A DNA stretch of 63,876 bases, the filler included, from Octopus bimaculoides (lineage: Eukaryota): NCBI RefSeq assembly GCF_001194135.2. It is 4 parts of 4 records of this genome, joined end to end, with 100 filler letters (N's around TTAATTAATTAA, not from the genome) between each part and the next. Parts side by side here need not be neighbours in the genome. Positions count along the whole stretch, not along the records: positions 1 to 17,998 come from NC_068988.1; positions 18,099 to 40,881 come from NC_068998.1; 2 more parts are not named here. One strand, written 5' to 3'. The position numbers and the translations under genes were made by a program. The notes beneath the pieces are model-generated. The model saw nothing but the letters and a program-made list of their open reading frames with translations. It did no database searches and had not been told where the DNA came from. Numbering within the stretch: position 1 is the first letter of the stretch; every line of letters starts with the position of its first letter. Shown in pieces: positions 12,093 to 24,623 of the stretch.

Positions 12093-13404
12093 CTCACATT
12101 TAATATTAGTAATTAATTTACGTTAGTTATTGGTATTTTTGATATTGTTCGGCATCAAGCGGCCTTTGCATATTTGGTCGGATTGGTTTTAAGTAAAGGA
12201 ATTCCAGCAAAGAACACGCCATGTTTTTATTTGTTACAGAAGCAAGCCACAATTAAATGTGTTTATTATGCAAGATTATCCATTATTTGTTTCAGGTATA
12301 ATACGCAGAAGGCTGCACGATCCCGTAGTTATTTTAAAATTTGCTAAAAGAAAAATTTATCATAATTTCTAGAAATTACATCCTTAGGTTTTCTTTGCAC
12401 GTACTAAGAATTACTGGTAAGATATTGTTTAATAATTAATAATATTGTTAAAAATTCAAAGAAAAGCAGGTGTAACGAATATTGAATGCAGAGAGCAACG
12501 TCATTGAATTCTGAGCAGTTTTATTGAGACCTTTGTGCATTCGTCATTCAGTTGAGTTTTACTCAATGATTTTTCCATCACGACATTGCTAAGCAAGGCA
12601 TACTTTAGTTCACTCTGGGATCTAGTTATATCCAGATATGTTCTGAATAGTGTTTCCTATTAGACGCAATCATGAATATCAGTGATTCAGATAATGTTAC
12701 CTTTCCTCAACGCAATTCATTTCTAACTCCATTTTTGAGTACATCATATCGGTTATATTAACATTAACTTAACGTTACCGAAGTTCACGAATTTAGATAA
12801 TTTTGTATTCTGTAGCGAGAAGGATTTGGCGCATCAGCGTCTGTCATACTAACTAACATTGTCAGTACTTCTCTTGATATTTTTGCTACATTTTAAACAT
12901 TCCTATGTCGTATTTTATTTCATGTTTAGAATATATCAATGTTTTTCATAATTGCTGGGATAAATATTTCGTTACATTCTCGCAGTAATTAGCTTCGAAA
13001 CTTTATGTTCAAAGTTCAAATCCCACCGAGACAATAAAATAAAGACAATAAAATAAATAAATCAATAAATATTAGTCTCGTACTGAGATCAATCTAATCT
13101 AGTGGTTTATTTCTACAAATGTGTAGCTTTATTGATAGGCAAAATATCCATAAAGATCTTTAATGTGTTGTAAGCATGGACGAAAAATGATGACATCACG
13201 GTTCGTTTCATGTCCAGGATAATATGAGCAATAAGCATTGTTAAATTCCGTTAACTACGACAAGAAATCCAGACCGAGACACATCGATTGTTGTAGATTT
13301 GTATGTTATTTGTTTTTATACAAATATATCAGAAATAAATCACACAGACACACAAACACACACAGACACAGACACACAGAAACACAGACACAGACACATA
13401 CACA

Positions 13405-13480
<76 letters not shown>

Positions 13481-14061
13481 GCACAAATAATAGTCGTAAA
13501 GGAGTGGAGAGACAGCAGTTCTTAAATTTAATATCAAGTGGATCAGTCTAAATATATGAAACTGCAGACAAGATAATAAGGCAAACAAAAAGTTTCTTGT
13601 CTAGAACAAAATTTAAAATCTCTTTAGTTCATTTAATTATAAGTATAGACATATCAAGTTATCATGAAAGAGACAGTGGCAAACGTTGCTTGCTCATGCA
13701 AATTTTAAACAAATTTTCTACGAAACAAGACAGAAATGAAAAGACAGATTTCTTAACTTATGATGAAAATTTAGTATGACATAATGAATTTAATGCTGTC
13801 GTTGTATTTTCCCCTAATATTGTTAGAGATGTAAATTAGATTATTAGAACCGAAAATTCAAACAGAATTTTAAACTTCATACTTCGGAAAATAGACCAAT
13901 AAAAAGTTAGCCTTAAATTAGGCATGAAGAAATGTAAGTTGAGAGACGAAATATTCTTCATTACAACATGCAATTGTTCCAGATAAGCGAAAGAAAAATC
14001 ATACGACCTTGATTGCATATTCTCTGCATATACGCAATAAAACTTAAAATATATTTATTTT

Positions 14062-14122
14062 AAAGGCGATGCTCCAGCATGGCCGCAGTCAAATGACCGA
14101 AACAGGTAAAAGAGTAAAAGTA
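14062..14122 (+). mobile_element. SINE family A, tail fragment
   Basis: AAAGGCGATGCTCCAGCATGGCCGCAGTCAAATGACCGAAACAGGTAAAAGA. Confidence 0.85.
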
Positions 14123-14584
14123 GAATATTTCAACTGACCCTTGAATCTATTCTTTAATACGCCAACTTATCGTCAATTTTTGTCTCTCAACCGTTCTTTT
14201 TCTGTCACCTCTCTCTTTTCTCTTAACAACTACTGATACTCATTATAAATGACAAAACATCCTGTTTATCAGACTTCTACACGTATATTTAAACAAACTC
14301 GTACTTATTCTGTATCATTTATACGTTGCTTTGTCATTGGTCTGAAAAGCACAAGTGAAAACTAATGTAAATGGACACACAAACATACACACGCACTCAT
14401 GCATAATTATTATAAATATTAATATTGTTTTCTCGTTTCGGCTGTGTAGAGTATATGACAAACAGTGTACCAGTGGTCTACAACATTGGAATATTAAATC
14501 TAATAACAGTTTTAATTATATTGGATTTTTTTCAATAAAAATATTTAATGATTCTAGTTGGCGCATAAAATACTCTTTTATTAG

Positions 14585-15115
14585 TGGAATAAAAGCGGTA
14601 CAGTGATGGAGGTTGAGGTGAACTTTTTGCAAGCTTCGGTAATTATTTTCCCCTTGTAGATTTTCGGAAGGCCGTAGAGGTTGCTGGTTTTACAATCAAA
14701 ATTTATTAAGCAGTAGCATTCCTTTGTCGTTAGATTCTTTTGATGTAGGCAAATGAGTGTATTTAATCTGACCATCGTTTTTGAGTGTTCGTAGTTGACT
14801 ACTGTTTCATAGTAGGTAGTATCTTGTATAGAGTTTTTGCATTGTTCATTGTCCATAATTACAACAGTCCTACCCTTATCTTGATTTTGATGTCATAATT
14901 GTTTTGTAACTCGTGGATGATTTCCTATTCCTTTTTATAAGTATTGGATTTGTGTTCAGATTGTGGTAGTTCACTATAAGAGATGTTTGATACGTAGTCA
15001 CAAAATTTGTCCAAAGTTTTTTTCCTGCGTTTTGTAGGATTGCACTTGCTTTTATTGCGTACCATTGATTTGTCGTCGTTATTTTCCTTGTTGAAAACTT
15101 TTTCTGTGACACATT
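14585..15115 (-). mobile_element. Penelope-like element RT N-terminal fragment (degenerate)
   Basis: Minus-strand translation DKGRTVVIMDNEQC...SNLYGLPKIYK matches the PLE motifs DKGxxxVIMD and (F)YGLPKIHK. Confidence 0.8.
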
Positions 15116-15136
15116 GTCATGTATGAAGTCTGAAAC

Positions 15137-15177
<41 letters not shown>

Positions 15178-15532
15178 ATACATGTATATACATACATATA
15201 TATATATGTATATGNNNNNNNNNNNNNNNNNNNNNNNNNNNNNNNNNNNNNNNNNNNNNNNNNNNNNNNNNNNNNNNNNNNNNNNNNNNNNNNNNNNNNN
15301 NNNNNNNNNNNNNNNNNNNNNNNNNNNNNNNNNNNNNNNNNNNNNNNNNNNNNNNNNNNNNNNNNNNNNNNNNNNNNNNNNNNNNNNNNNNNNNNNNNNN
15401 NNNNNNNNNNNNNNNNNNNNNNNNNNNNNNNNNNNNNNNNNNNNNNNNNNNNNNNNNNNNNNNNNNNNNNNNNNNNNNNNNNNNNNNNNNNNNNNNNNNN
15501 NNNNNNNNNNNNNNNNNNNNNNNNNNNNNNNN

Positions 15533-15580
<48 letters not shown>

Positions 15581-16366
15581 ATGATATGATATTAATACGA
15601 GAAGATAGATTGAACGCACTTTGTTACAAATCACTGCAGTTGTTTCAATGCATCATTGTTAACTGCTCATTGATGAACGTTTTATGTATGCAATATTGCA
15701 TTCATATGTTTCAACAATAGCTGTATATATGCACATTCTCCAGCGACCAGTGTTATGGCACTGTTATATCATGTTTAGTTTCTCCACATTTAGTCCCCAT
15801 ACCGAAATACTTTTTCTACGCGTACCTCTAACGAAGAGGAACTAGGAAATACTGAGGTAAAAAAGCGGAACAAGGAAATACAAAAAGATGCACAAAAAGA
15901 AAACAACAACAGAAATTAAAGGGACATAAAAAATAAAGAGAAAAGAATCCTCATATTCATTCAATCTTTAACCATTGAGTTATCTAGAATTTTAGGAAAA
16001 TAAATAAGAACATTTAAAGATAAGAATGTCATAAAGGGGTAACATTTAACATTTCCACTTCTCTTGTGTCTATTACCATTCCCCTTCAAAGGAAACCAGT
16101 GACATATACTCACTTCCTTAGCAAATGCCATCAACTTTTAAATCTCACCTTACAGATCTCATTTTAGATATAGAGTATCACCACCACAATCTTTACTTGT
16201 TACTTTTGAGGCCATTAAGAGAGGCTATTAAAATAAGAAATTTGCACACACACGCACACACACACACGTACAAATAAATATACATATTAGAACTAGTAAC
16301 AAGTTTTTCACTCATACACATCATTGCTTAGCACTCAATACATATATTACATACGTACATATATAC

Positions 16367-16411
<45 letters not shown>

Positions 16412-16929
16412 TGCACACATCTAAGATCATTGATCAAAACGAAAAATATTTCTGTGCTAATCGAAAGTCAGTAAATCACAAAGACTTTTCTTACATAAAA
16501 CTTCTAAAACATTAATTGCACCACTAAACAAAACGTGTAGTTTATCTGGCACAGACTGAATTATTCAAAAAGATCTGTTCCTTCAATTTGTGCTATACAA
16601 ATCAAATTATTCTGTATTTTGTCATGTAACAGATTTCTTCACATTACATTGAAATACTTGTTTGATCGCTACCGTATTCGTTAATGAATTCACAAATATA
16701 TCTTGAATAGGTATTTTCTATTATGAGTAAGATATAATACATTTAAATCGTATATTAGAAGTTGTTTCTAAAAATATCAGTAAATTCATAAACCAACGTC
16801 TTATTACAAAGATTCATTTGGAATATCTGGAACAATGACATTATCTGATATAAACGTGAAATTCTGTCTCACAGCCTGAGTAGAAGAATATTAGGCTTTC
16901 TGTCTACGATTTTGTTTATAAAAAATAGA

Positions 16930-17340
16930 TACTTGTACTGTGTAGTGTGCACAGCGAGCTCTGAAACGATGATATTCATATTTATTGTTAGTATTTTCCG
17001 GAAAATACAAACGCAAAACATGTTGGGAGCTTCTCTTTTTGACGTACACAAGAGTGACCATGAAAAACGTCGTTTCAGATCTCACTGTACTTCGTGCAAG
17101 TAACAATTTCTTTTCGGTTGGCAGATATATACACTGATCTAGAAAAAAAATATGTTCGCTGAAATTAAAAAAGAAAACCAGTTCATAATGTTCCGTGTGC
17201 TTCTGACTGACGAGGCACAACATATTCGAAACATCGGTGTCCCAGAATCCTGTGTGCCAATAAGCTGAATGTGTTATGAACATAGTGTCGTTGTAATAAG
17301 GAAGAAGTTGTTCCGTGTTTGATTCAGCTGAAATGTTCTA
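16930..17340 (+). mobile_element. Highly degenerate Tc1/mariner transposase fragment
   Basis: Across frameshifts: YKRKTCWELL, SDHEKRRF, VLLTDEAQHI, NKLN. These resemble YKIQLxQEL, DHEKRxxF, the first catalytic Asp motif (I/V)xF(S/T)DEA and VNKQN. Confidence 0.45.
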
Positions 17341-17998
17341 AGAATAAATATGTACTTCATCGGTACTTCATTTATACACCAGTTCCAAAACAGAAACATT
17401 TCATTGATATCAAATATATCAACAGTGATGGAATTATTAAAAAAGGTATACTTCCTTTTAATTAAGAGATGTCATACGTAACGTAGTGTGGATTACAGGT
17501 TTTCGAATATTAGAGTAATTCAGTTCAATTGTAACAGAAAACGAACAAAATGACTCCCCAGCATAAAGAAAACACCTAATCAATAAATTTAGACTTAACA
17601 TGTCATAGCAAGGAGAATCCAGTTGCCCGTTACTAATACGATATAATACTGTTTATTACAGGCTATAGATTTAAACATCAATAACAAGACAACAGCCGTT
17701 TGAAAATAGTGACAGGAAATATTGGCGCGATAGTGTAATTGCGTATATTATAATCTTATATATATATATAATAAAATATGTTTTGGTGATCGCAGACATA
17801 TGGTTTCAAATCAAAGAATAAATAAAGTATTCAAGAACCAAAAAATCACTTAAAATTTTACTTTCAGGATTTCGATTTTTGTAATTTATGAATTTGAATA
17901 ATCAATGACAGCTGCACATGACGTTGAGCATTACTACCGAAGAACAAGACATTATATAAATACACACAGTATTCATATTCATATGCGTACATACGTTT

Positions 17999-18098
17999 NN
18001 NNNNNNNNNNNNNNNNNNNNNNNNNNNNNNNNNNNNNNNNNNTTAATTAATTAANNNNNNNNNNNNNNNNNNNNNNNNNNNNNNNNNNNNNNNNNNNN
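17999..18098. other. Artificial 100-bp scaffold spacer
   Basis: Exactly 44 N + TTAATTAATTAA + 44 N; identical to 40882-40981 and 48922-49021. Confidence 0.95.
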
Positions 18099-18157
<59 letters not shown>

Positions 18158-18211
18158 ATGTATGTATGTATGTATGTACGTATGTATGTTTGTATGTATG
18201 TATGTATATAT

Positions 18212-19353
18212 AAACAAGGTGAGCTGAAAGTCACGCACAGGATAAGTTCGATACCCCACGGAATTATCAGACACACTTCAATTTTTCTAAAATTTAATAA
18301 ACTTAATAAAATAGTGATGAATACACTCGTACTCGTACATGAGATGGACACAAGCGGAGATTGACCAACTCAATAACATTACCCGAAAGGCAATGACAAT
18401 GCATGGTGCCCTCCACTATAAGGCAAATTTACACAGGCTCTACATGAAGAGTGGTAAGGCTGGACGTGGACTGATTAGCGTACGGAAGTGCATCAGCAGT
18501 GAAAGAGGAAACATGGCAGAATATTTGGTAAACAGCTGACAAGGCCTGCTACAGTATGCGGCTAGTGCAGAAGGAGTTAACAAAAATGGACTTGAAAGTG
18601 CTCATGAATTCCGACCAAGAACAGCCAAGAAGAGAGAAGAAACCCTACTCCGTATGGAATTACATGGTCAGTTCCGCCGTGAAGCCAACAAATGAAAAGA
18701 CTAGGGAGCATCATGGAGGTGGCTCCAGAAGGGTTACCTAAAACAGAATACTGAAATCCTATAAAATACATAGCGGCCCAGGACCAGGCAATGAATACCA
18801 AGTCAGTGAAAAAGAATATGTACCACACAAGTGCATCGGACCTCTGCAGAATGTGTGGGAAGAGGGTTGAAAGTGTGATTCACATTGTTAGTGCTTGTGA
18901 AAGTCTGGAGCAGAAAGAGTACAAGCTTAGACACGACAAAGTAGCTCAAAACCTCCACTGGCTACTATACTGTAAGTATGGATATGAGGTTACGGGTGCT
19001 TGGTACCAACATACACCGGGAAAGGTAACGGACGAAAAGGGGAAGGCAAAAATCCTCTGGGACTTTGATTTCCAGATACACGAAGTATTAGAACACCNNN
19101 NNNNNNNCTGGGACTTTGATTTCCAGATACACGAAGTATTAGAACACCGAAGATCGGAGATAGTAACCCTTGGGTGGGACAAACAAGAGTGCCTAATAAT
19201 CGACGTAGCAGTGCCAAGAGATCAACATATCATCATGAACGAATGAGAAAACTTTGATAAATATGGAGACCTGAGAACTGAGATCACTAAGATGTGGCAC
19301 TAACGAGAGTCGAACATAAAGGTTATCTTCAATATTGCATACTGTGCGACGTC
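18212..19353 (+). mobile_element. R4/Dong-like RLE non-LTR retrotransposon, 5'-truncated, degenerate
   Basis: RWTQAEIDQLNNITRKAMTMHGALH..RLYMK..GRGL; CCHC finger CRMCG..ESVIHIVSAC; KILWDF..HRRSEIV..CLIIDVAVP (RLE domain); ends in (TAA)n at about 19355-19380. Confidence 0.88.
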
Positions 19354-19574
19354 TATAATAATAATAATAATAATAATAACAACAACAACAAAAAGAGACC
19401 AATGACGACTTAGGAGTCCAAAACTTCTAAGTCACTGTCAATAATATTGATGTGAAAGTATTATTGTAACATTTAAATGATAGATTACTCAATACATTTT
19501 GTACTCTACACATATGCACATTCTCCAACGTTATAACTATTGCTAATATACACTCCAGATAATATAACCATCTA

Positions 19575-19710
19575 GCGAAGCGAACAAGGAATTAACCGTC
19601 GGGGGAATTTATAGCGTGTGTGACAACTCCTAATAGTCATAGACGTTAAATACTAATCGATGCGGTTAGCCGTAACCTGGAACATAACTGAGAGTGACCC
19701 CGGTGCCCGC
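19575..19710. mobile_element. Unidentified 136-bp insert flanked by 20-bp direct repeats
   Basis: CCAGATAATATAACC(A/C)TCTA at 19555-19574 and 19711-19730. Confidence 0.55.
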
Positions 19711-19784
19711 CCAGATAATATAACCCTCTAAAGTCTCACATACATACACACACACACGCACACACATATATACATATATACACA

Positions 19785-19823
<39 letters not shown>

Positions 19824-19886
19824 AATTAACGGAATGAGATAAAAATCCAAGGCTGTGAAAGATTTCAGAACATTTATAAATAGAAG

Positions 19887-19934
19887 GTCTTACAGCTGTT
19901 TCCGGGATATTTTATATATCCCTTCATCGGAGAC
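19887..19934 (-). ncRNA. Minimal type I hammerhead motif (CAGCUG family, CCGAUGA core variant)
   Basis: Minus strand: GTCT-CCGATGA-A-GGGATAT ATAAA ATATCCC-G-GAAA-CAGCTG-TA-AGAC. Confidence 0.65.
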
Positions 19935-20405
19935 GGTATGAGAAAATGGTTAAGCAATAGTTATCTATATACATAAATGCGAATGTCAGTCTGTGTGTTC
20001 GCNNNNNNNNNNNNNNNNNNNNNNNNNNNNNNNNNNNNNNNNNNNNNNNNNNNNNNNNNNNNNNNNNNNNNNNNNNNNNNNNNNNNNNNNNNNNNNNNNN
20101 NNNNNNNNNNNNNNNNNNNNNNNNNNNNNNNNNNNNNNNNNNNNNNNNNNNNNNNNNNNNNNNNNNNNNNNNNNNNNNNNNNNNNNNNNNNNNNNNNNNN
20201 NNNNNNNNNNNNNNNNNNNNNNNNNNNNNNNNNNNNNNNNNNNNNNNNNNNNNNNNNNNNNNNNNNNNNNNNNNNNNNNNNNNNNNNNNNNNNNNNNNNN
20301 NNNNNNNNNNNNNNNNNNNNNNNNNNNNNNNNNNNNNNNNNNNNNNNNNNNNNNNNNNNNNNNNNNNNNNNNNNNNNNNNNNNNNNNNNNNNNNNNNNNN
20401 NNNNN

Positions 20406-20440
<35 letters not shown>

Positions 20441-21169
20441 TGATTGACGGTGTTTGCACCACTGTTGAAACATTAGTTGTCGATACTAGAAGACAAAAAC
20501 ACTCAGCAACTGAGTTGCGTATACATTTACAGTGTAAAACCGCAAAATCAGAAACATTATCTCTTTGAAGTGTAGATTATGATTTATGTTATGTCTCTAA
20601 TTACCATGACCTTATGCACTGCTTAAATATTCTTCTAACTGGTCATTTATGATTCACAAACCAATCCGAGAGATATCACTTGCTATCATTTTATTTTGTA
20701 TCAGAAAATATTGCTATATATAATATATGAATTTTACAGACAATTTTACACATGTTTGGCTTGAGGAAATATATAGGTTTCTTTTATTTATCATGAGAAA
20801 CCATTTCAGTGAGATATCGTGACGGTGTTACAAATTCTGTAGATCTTAATTGCAATTGATGTACTTGCGCATAGAATAGCCTCTGGCAAATAATGATCAA
20901 CTATTTTAACTTTTGCATATAACTTGGACAAACTCCTGTCTGTAGTAAACGTGTCGATTGCATTGTAATGTAGACATTTCTTTGAGTAATTTTCATATTT
21001 TCTTAAGTAAATGTATGATTTTTGTGTCATAATATATTCTCTTTCGTCTCTGTGTAATTTCTAAAATCTGCAAAGAATTCTTATCAAAGACTGGGGCGAG
21101 ATACATAATCGAATGAGTCTACTNNNNNNNNNNNNNNNNNNNNNNNNNNNNTATATATATATATATATA

Positions 21170-21207
<38 letters not shown>

Positions 21208-21924
21208 ATTAAATCTCTAGCAAAAATAGTAGACGTTAAGAATAAAAGCATCCATGAAGAGTTAATGACAGTATATAATGACTATGTAGTTTAATTGTAA
21301 GCAATGTTTTTTCACTATCATCATAAGTTGAATCTTGAATTAACTCTGCCCCACATCTCGTGATTATATGTCTACACGTATATGCGTGGGGTAAGGAGAA
21401 TGAGTATATATGCATCTGTACGTCGTGTATACACCTGCTTGTATTTCTGTGTTGAATGTGTGTGAATGTATCGGCATTTGTGCGTTTTTGTGTAACGTTT
21501 AGAAATCAAGACTAAATTAATCTGGCTTCACTCTAACAGTAGATTACGCAGTATTTATAAACCATAACGGATGTTTGTCAGCATCTAGTTCACGTTAGGT
21601 TATCGTTAAATAATGATTTGGCGTCTTTAAGCTCTTAACATTGTTTCTAAGTCAAATGTGATTAAGTATTAAGATTTGATTTGCAAACGAGTGTTTCTAT
21701 GAATAACTGCTGTTCCATAAGATGTAACTAGCTACCTTTCCCAAAATAATGTCAAAGCTTTTATTTCTTAAATTCTTTAAATCTTTGTATAGTTTGAACT
21801 ATTAGAAGTTTCGACCAGCATGGAACTCCGCATTTTGCATTGATTCTACATTCTTTGGGATTATTTCATCTTATTTATAGCTTGTTATTTTTATTCTCTC
21901 GTTGTTGCTTGTTTTTAAGTGTAG

Positions 21925-22185
21925 CCTTGTGGGATCGAACTCAACAGTCTTCCGATGATATGGAGATCAGACAAAATAAAGTGGATTGGTCAAACTCTTA
22001 GAAACTTCCAACACAGCATCGTCAGGCAATTTCTGTGATGGAATACTCAAGGTCAAAAGAATAGAAAGACCAAGAAATTCCGGTTGACGTAACATGGAGA
22101 ATGAAATGAGATTTGCATGGAACTGGGAAAAGATGCTGAGGAAAGCATCGAGCCTACACTCTTTGACAGGAAGAAATAAGAGAAA
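21925..22185 (+). mobile_element. RTE-clade LINE 3' fragment
   Basis: LWDRTQQ...EIR..KWIGQTLR...IVRQFL*WNTQG resembles the RTE C-terminus (LWERT..RWIGHTLRK..ALxWNPQG); followed by (TG)n. Confidence 0.7.
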
Positions 22186-22206
22186 GTGTGTGTGTGTGTG
22201 TGTGCG

Positions 22207-22297
<91 letters not shown>

Positions 22298-22987
22298 AGG
22301 GTACTCGGGTTAAATTTGAGGACATTTATGTCTCCTTTCTTCAGCAACATTTTCATCAACTCGAAAGCACATGGATGCAAAGCGAGCTTCTGAACTACAT
22401 AGTCATATTGCTCCAGGTAATTGATAATTATTTCATTAATTTCGTATCAAGGTAAAGTAAAAACAACACTTTATTTTTATCAAATTATGTTATATTGCGT
22501 AAAATATTTTTTTTTCTAAATATAAGTCGACTTTGTTTAATTGCATATCAAATATATCCATAATTTAATCAATTTCCAAACTTCACTAAACTCCAACCGG
22601 TTACTATCAAATCTGTATATAATTGATTGGTTAGTTATAAATGCAAATGAAGACAATTTTGGTCACTTGCGTAAATTGTTTTTGTTTTTCTTCTGTTACT
22701 GTGAAAAGAATTACTGAAATTAAAACATATAATTAAACCTTTATTGGATTTCATATCAATGAAGTGATGCAAAAAGCTACTGTTTATATGATTAGTAAAC
22801 AGGTCTGTAGTCACAGTACATAGACTTCTACTATAGACTAACTGTAGGCAGAACAGTGAACTCTGACTGGTTTTCTATAATCATTCTATAGCAAAAATGC
22901 TTTGTTATAGTTCGGGTTTACTGAAACCCATGTCAATAAGTGGGAATAACTCATTGCAAAACATCCTTTTAATAACAATGCATCTTA

Positions 22988-23192
22988 ATGCGGCGAAATA
23001 GCAGAATCACGGGGAAAATGCTTAGCAACATTTCTTCCGACGTCACGTTCTGATTTCAAATGCCGCCGGGGTCGGCTTTGTCTCTCATCCTTTCGGACTC
23101 AATAAAATAAGTACCAGTTGTGCGCTGTGGTCGATGTAACCGGCTTAGCCTATCCCCTGAAATTGCTGGCCTTGAACCAAAATGGGAAACTA
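22988..23192 (+). mobile_element. SINE family B
   Basis: AAATGCTTAGC..CGTTCTGATTTCAAAT..CATCCTTTCGG..AAGTACCAGTTG..GGTCGATGTAA. Confidence 0.85.
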
Positions 23193-23199
23193 ATAATAA

Positions 23200-23700
23200 T
23201 TCAACACCCTGTTGAATTAACTGTTCCATATAAAGACAATAGAGACGCAGCTGAGGCCAGGAAAGACGTGCGTTATGAGATGCTACTAGAAGACTGTATA
23301 GATGCTGACTGAAGCGTAGTACACTTTCCTGTAGAGGTTGGATGTATGGGGTTTTATTAGAACGAAACTGAGACGGTGGTTGTTATCAACAGGTGTCCAA
23401 CATCGGTAAGCAAACACCATCTTTAAGGAGATCAAGGCGACGGTTGAGAGGGCCTACCATTGGATATGGCTGAAAAAGAATAATGAAAACTGGCTGGAGA
23501 GATGATGATCCCAAAATGGATTTGAGGCCGAATTCTAATCACTCGAACCTGTAGGTGAGGCCTCGTATCAGTGATTGAGGGCCGGTGCCTTGTAACGCCT
23601 CCGCGAGGAAGCTCCCGAAACGGCGCGCTCTCTCCTGATGACCCCCGAAATCTCCTGGCATCCGGCAAGCTGTTTCCAAGTCTTCACAGAAACGTGTTAA
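23200..23700 (+). mobile_element. HERO-like RLE non-LTR retrotransposon 3' end (ORF end plus GC-rich 3' UTR)
   Basis: ELTVPYKDN..AEARKDVRYEMLLEDC...HFPVEVGCMGF...VERAYHWIWLK matches the RLE C-terminus ELTVPWE..ERK..KY..C..PVEVGCRGF..WLW. Confidence 0.8.
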
Positions 23701-24585
23701 ATTAGTTTGACAGTACCGCTTTGTTGTGTGCATTTCATACTGGATGCTAAATATTGTCACTCAAATCCAGGCTTGGGTTTATTATTTTGATATGCTTTGC
23801 GGTAGGTGATCTGTCACTGCTAGTAACATTTTCTAGTACTTGTCACCTATTAGAGTATCACATTGTGACGCCTTTTCTACATTCCATTACATAGCAAATT
23901 ATCTTTACATCGGCTTTTTCTACATGTTCGTATATAGACTAACATTTTCGTTTTTTCATTAATCTCCACACGTGACTAAATATAAACTATGAGTGTGGAT
24001 ATGGATATTAAAAGAGCGACATGCTTTCCTTGGAAACTGGAAATAAACAGGGGAAAAATAGCATATCCGAATAATGCCAGGTGTTAGTCTTTCATAAACA
24101 TAGTAAACAAACTGAAAATGAATGAAAATCCTATATTTATCCTAAAATAAATTAATAAAAGAAACGGACGGACGTGAAATGTCGTAAAATACGGAAGAAA
24201 AATGTATTGGTTAAGATTTTCAATTTTTTTCACAAGCAAAGATATATGAAACGAAATAGAGAAACAAAACATATGTACATATCTGCAATATGCATACATA
24301 CGTACGTACGTACGTACGTACGTATGTATGTATGTATGTATGTATGTATGTATGTAGGTATGTATGTATGTGTGTGTGTGTGTTTATGTATGTATGTATG
24401 TATGCATATGAACCTGAAAATGTCAAAGTGTAAAGATTTTTATACTCATGAATAATGTTTGGAAGATGAAAAAAAATGAGCACAACACAAGCTTGTTTGT
24501 TTTTCATAAACATTGCAAAGAAAATGAAAGTAAGTGAATAGGAGAATGCGTGAGAGTGTGAACATATGTGAATATATGTTTCTGC

Positions 24586-24623
<38 letters not shown>

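Noticed and set aside
17200-17250. Hammerhead-like CTGACGA...GAAA-CATCGGTG-TC
   Set aside because: Stem II is only 2 bp, and the sequence is better explained as the TDEA motif of a mariner remnant; it cannot be fully excluded
16891-17337. Long minus-strand ORF (about 149 codons)
   Set aside because: No recognisable domain; it is antisense to the mariner-like remnant
19057-19148. 41-bp duplication across a 10-N gap
   Set aside because: Unmerged contig overlap (assembly artefact)
23600-23660. GAAAC...CTGATGA...GAAA in the HERO-like 3' UTR as a hammerhead
   Set aside because: No permutation gives a stem II, stem III and UH site
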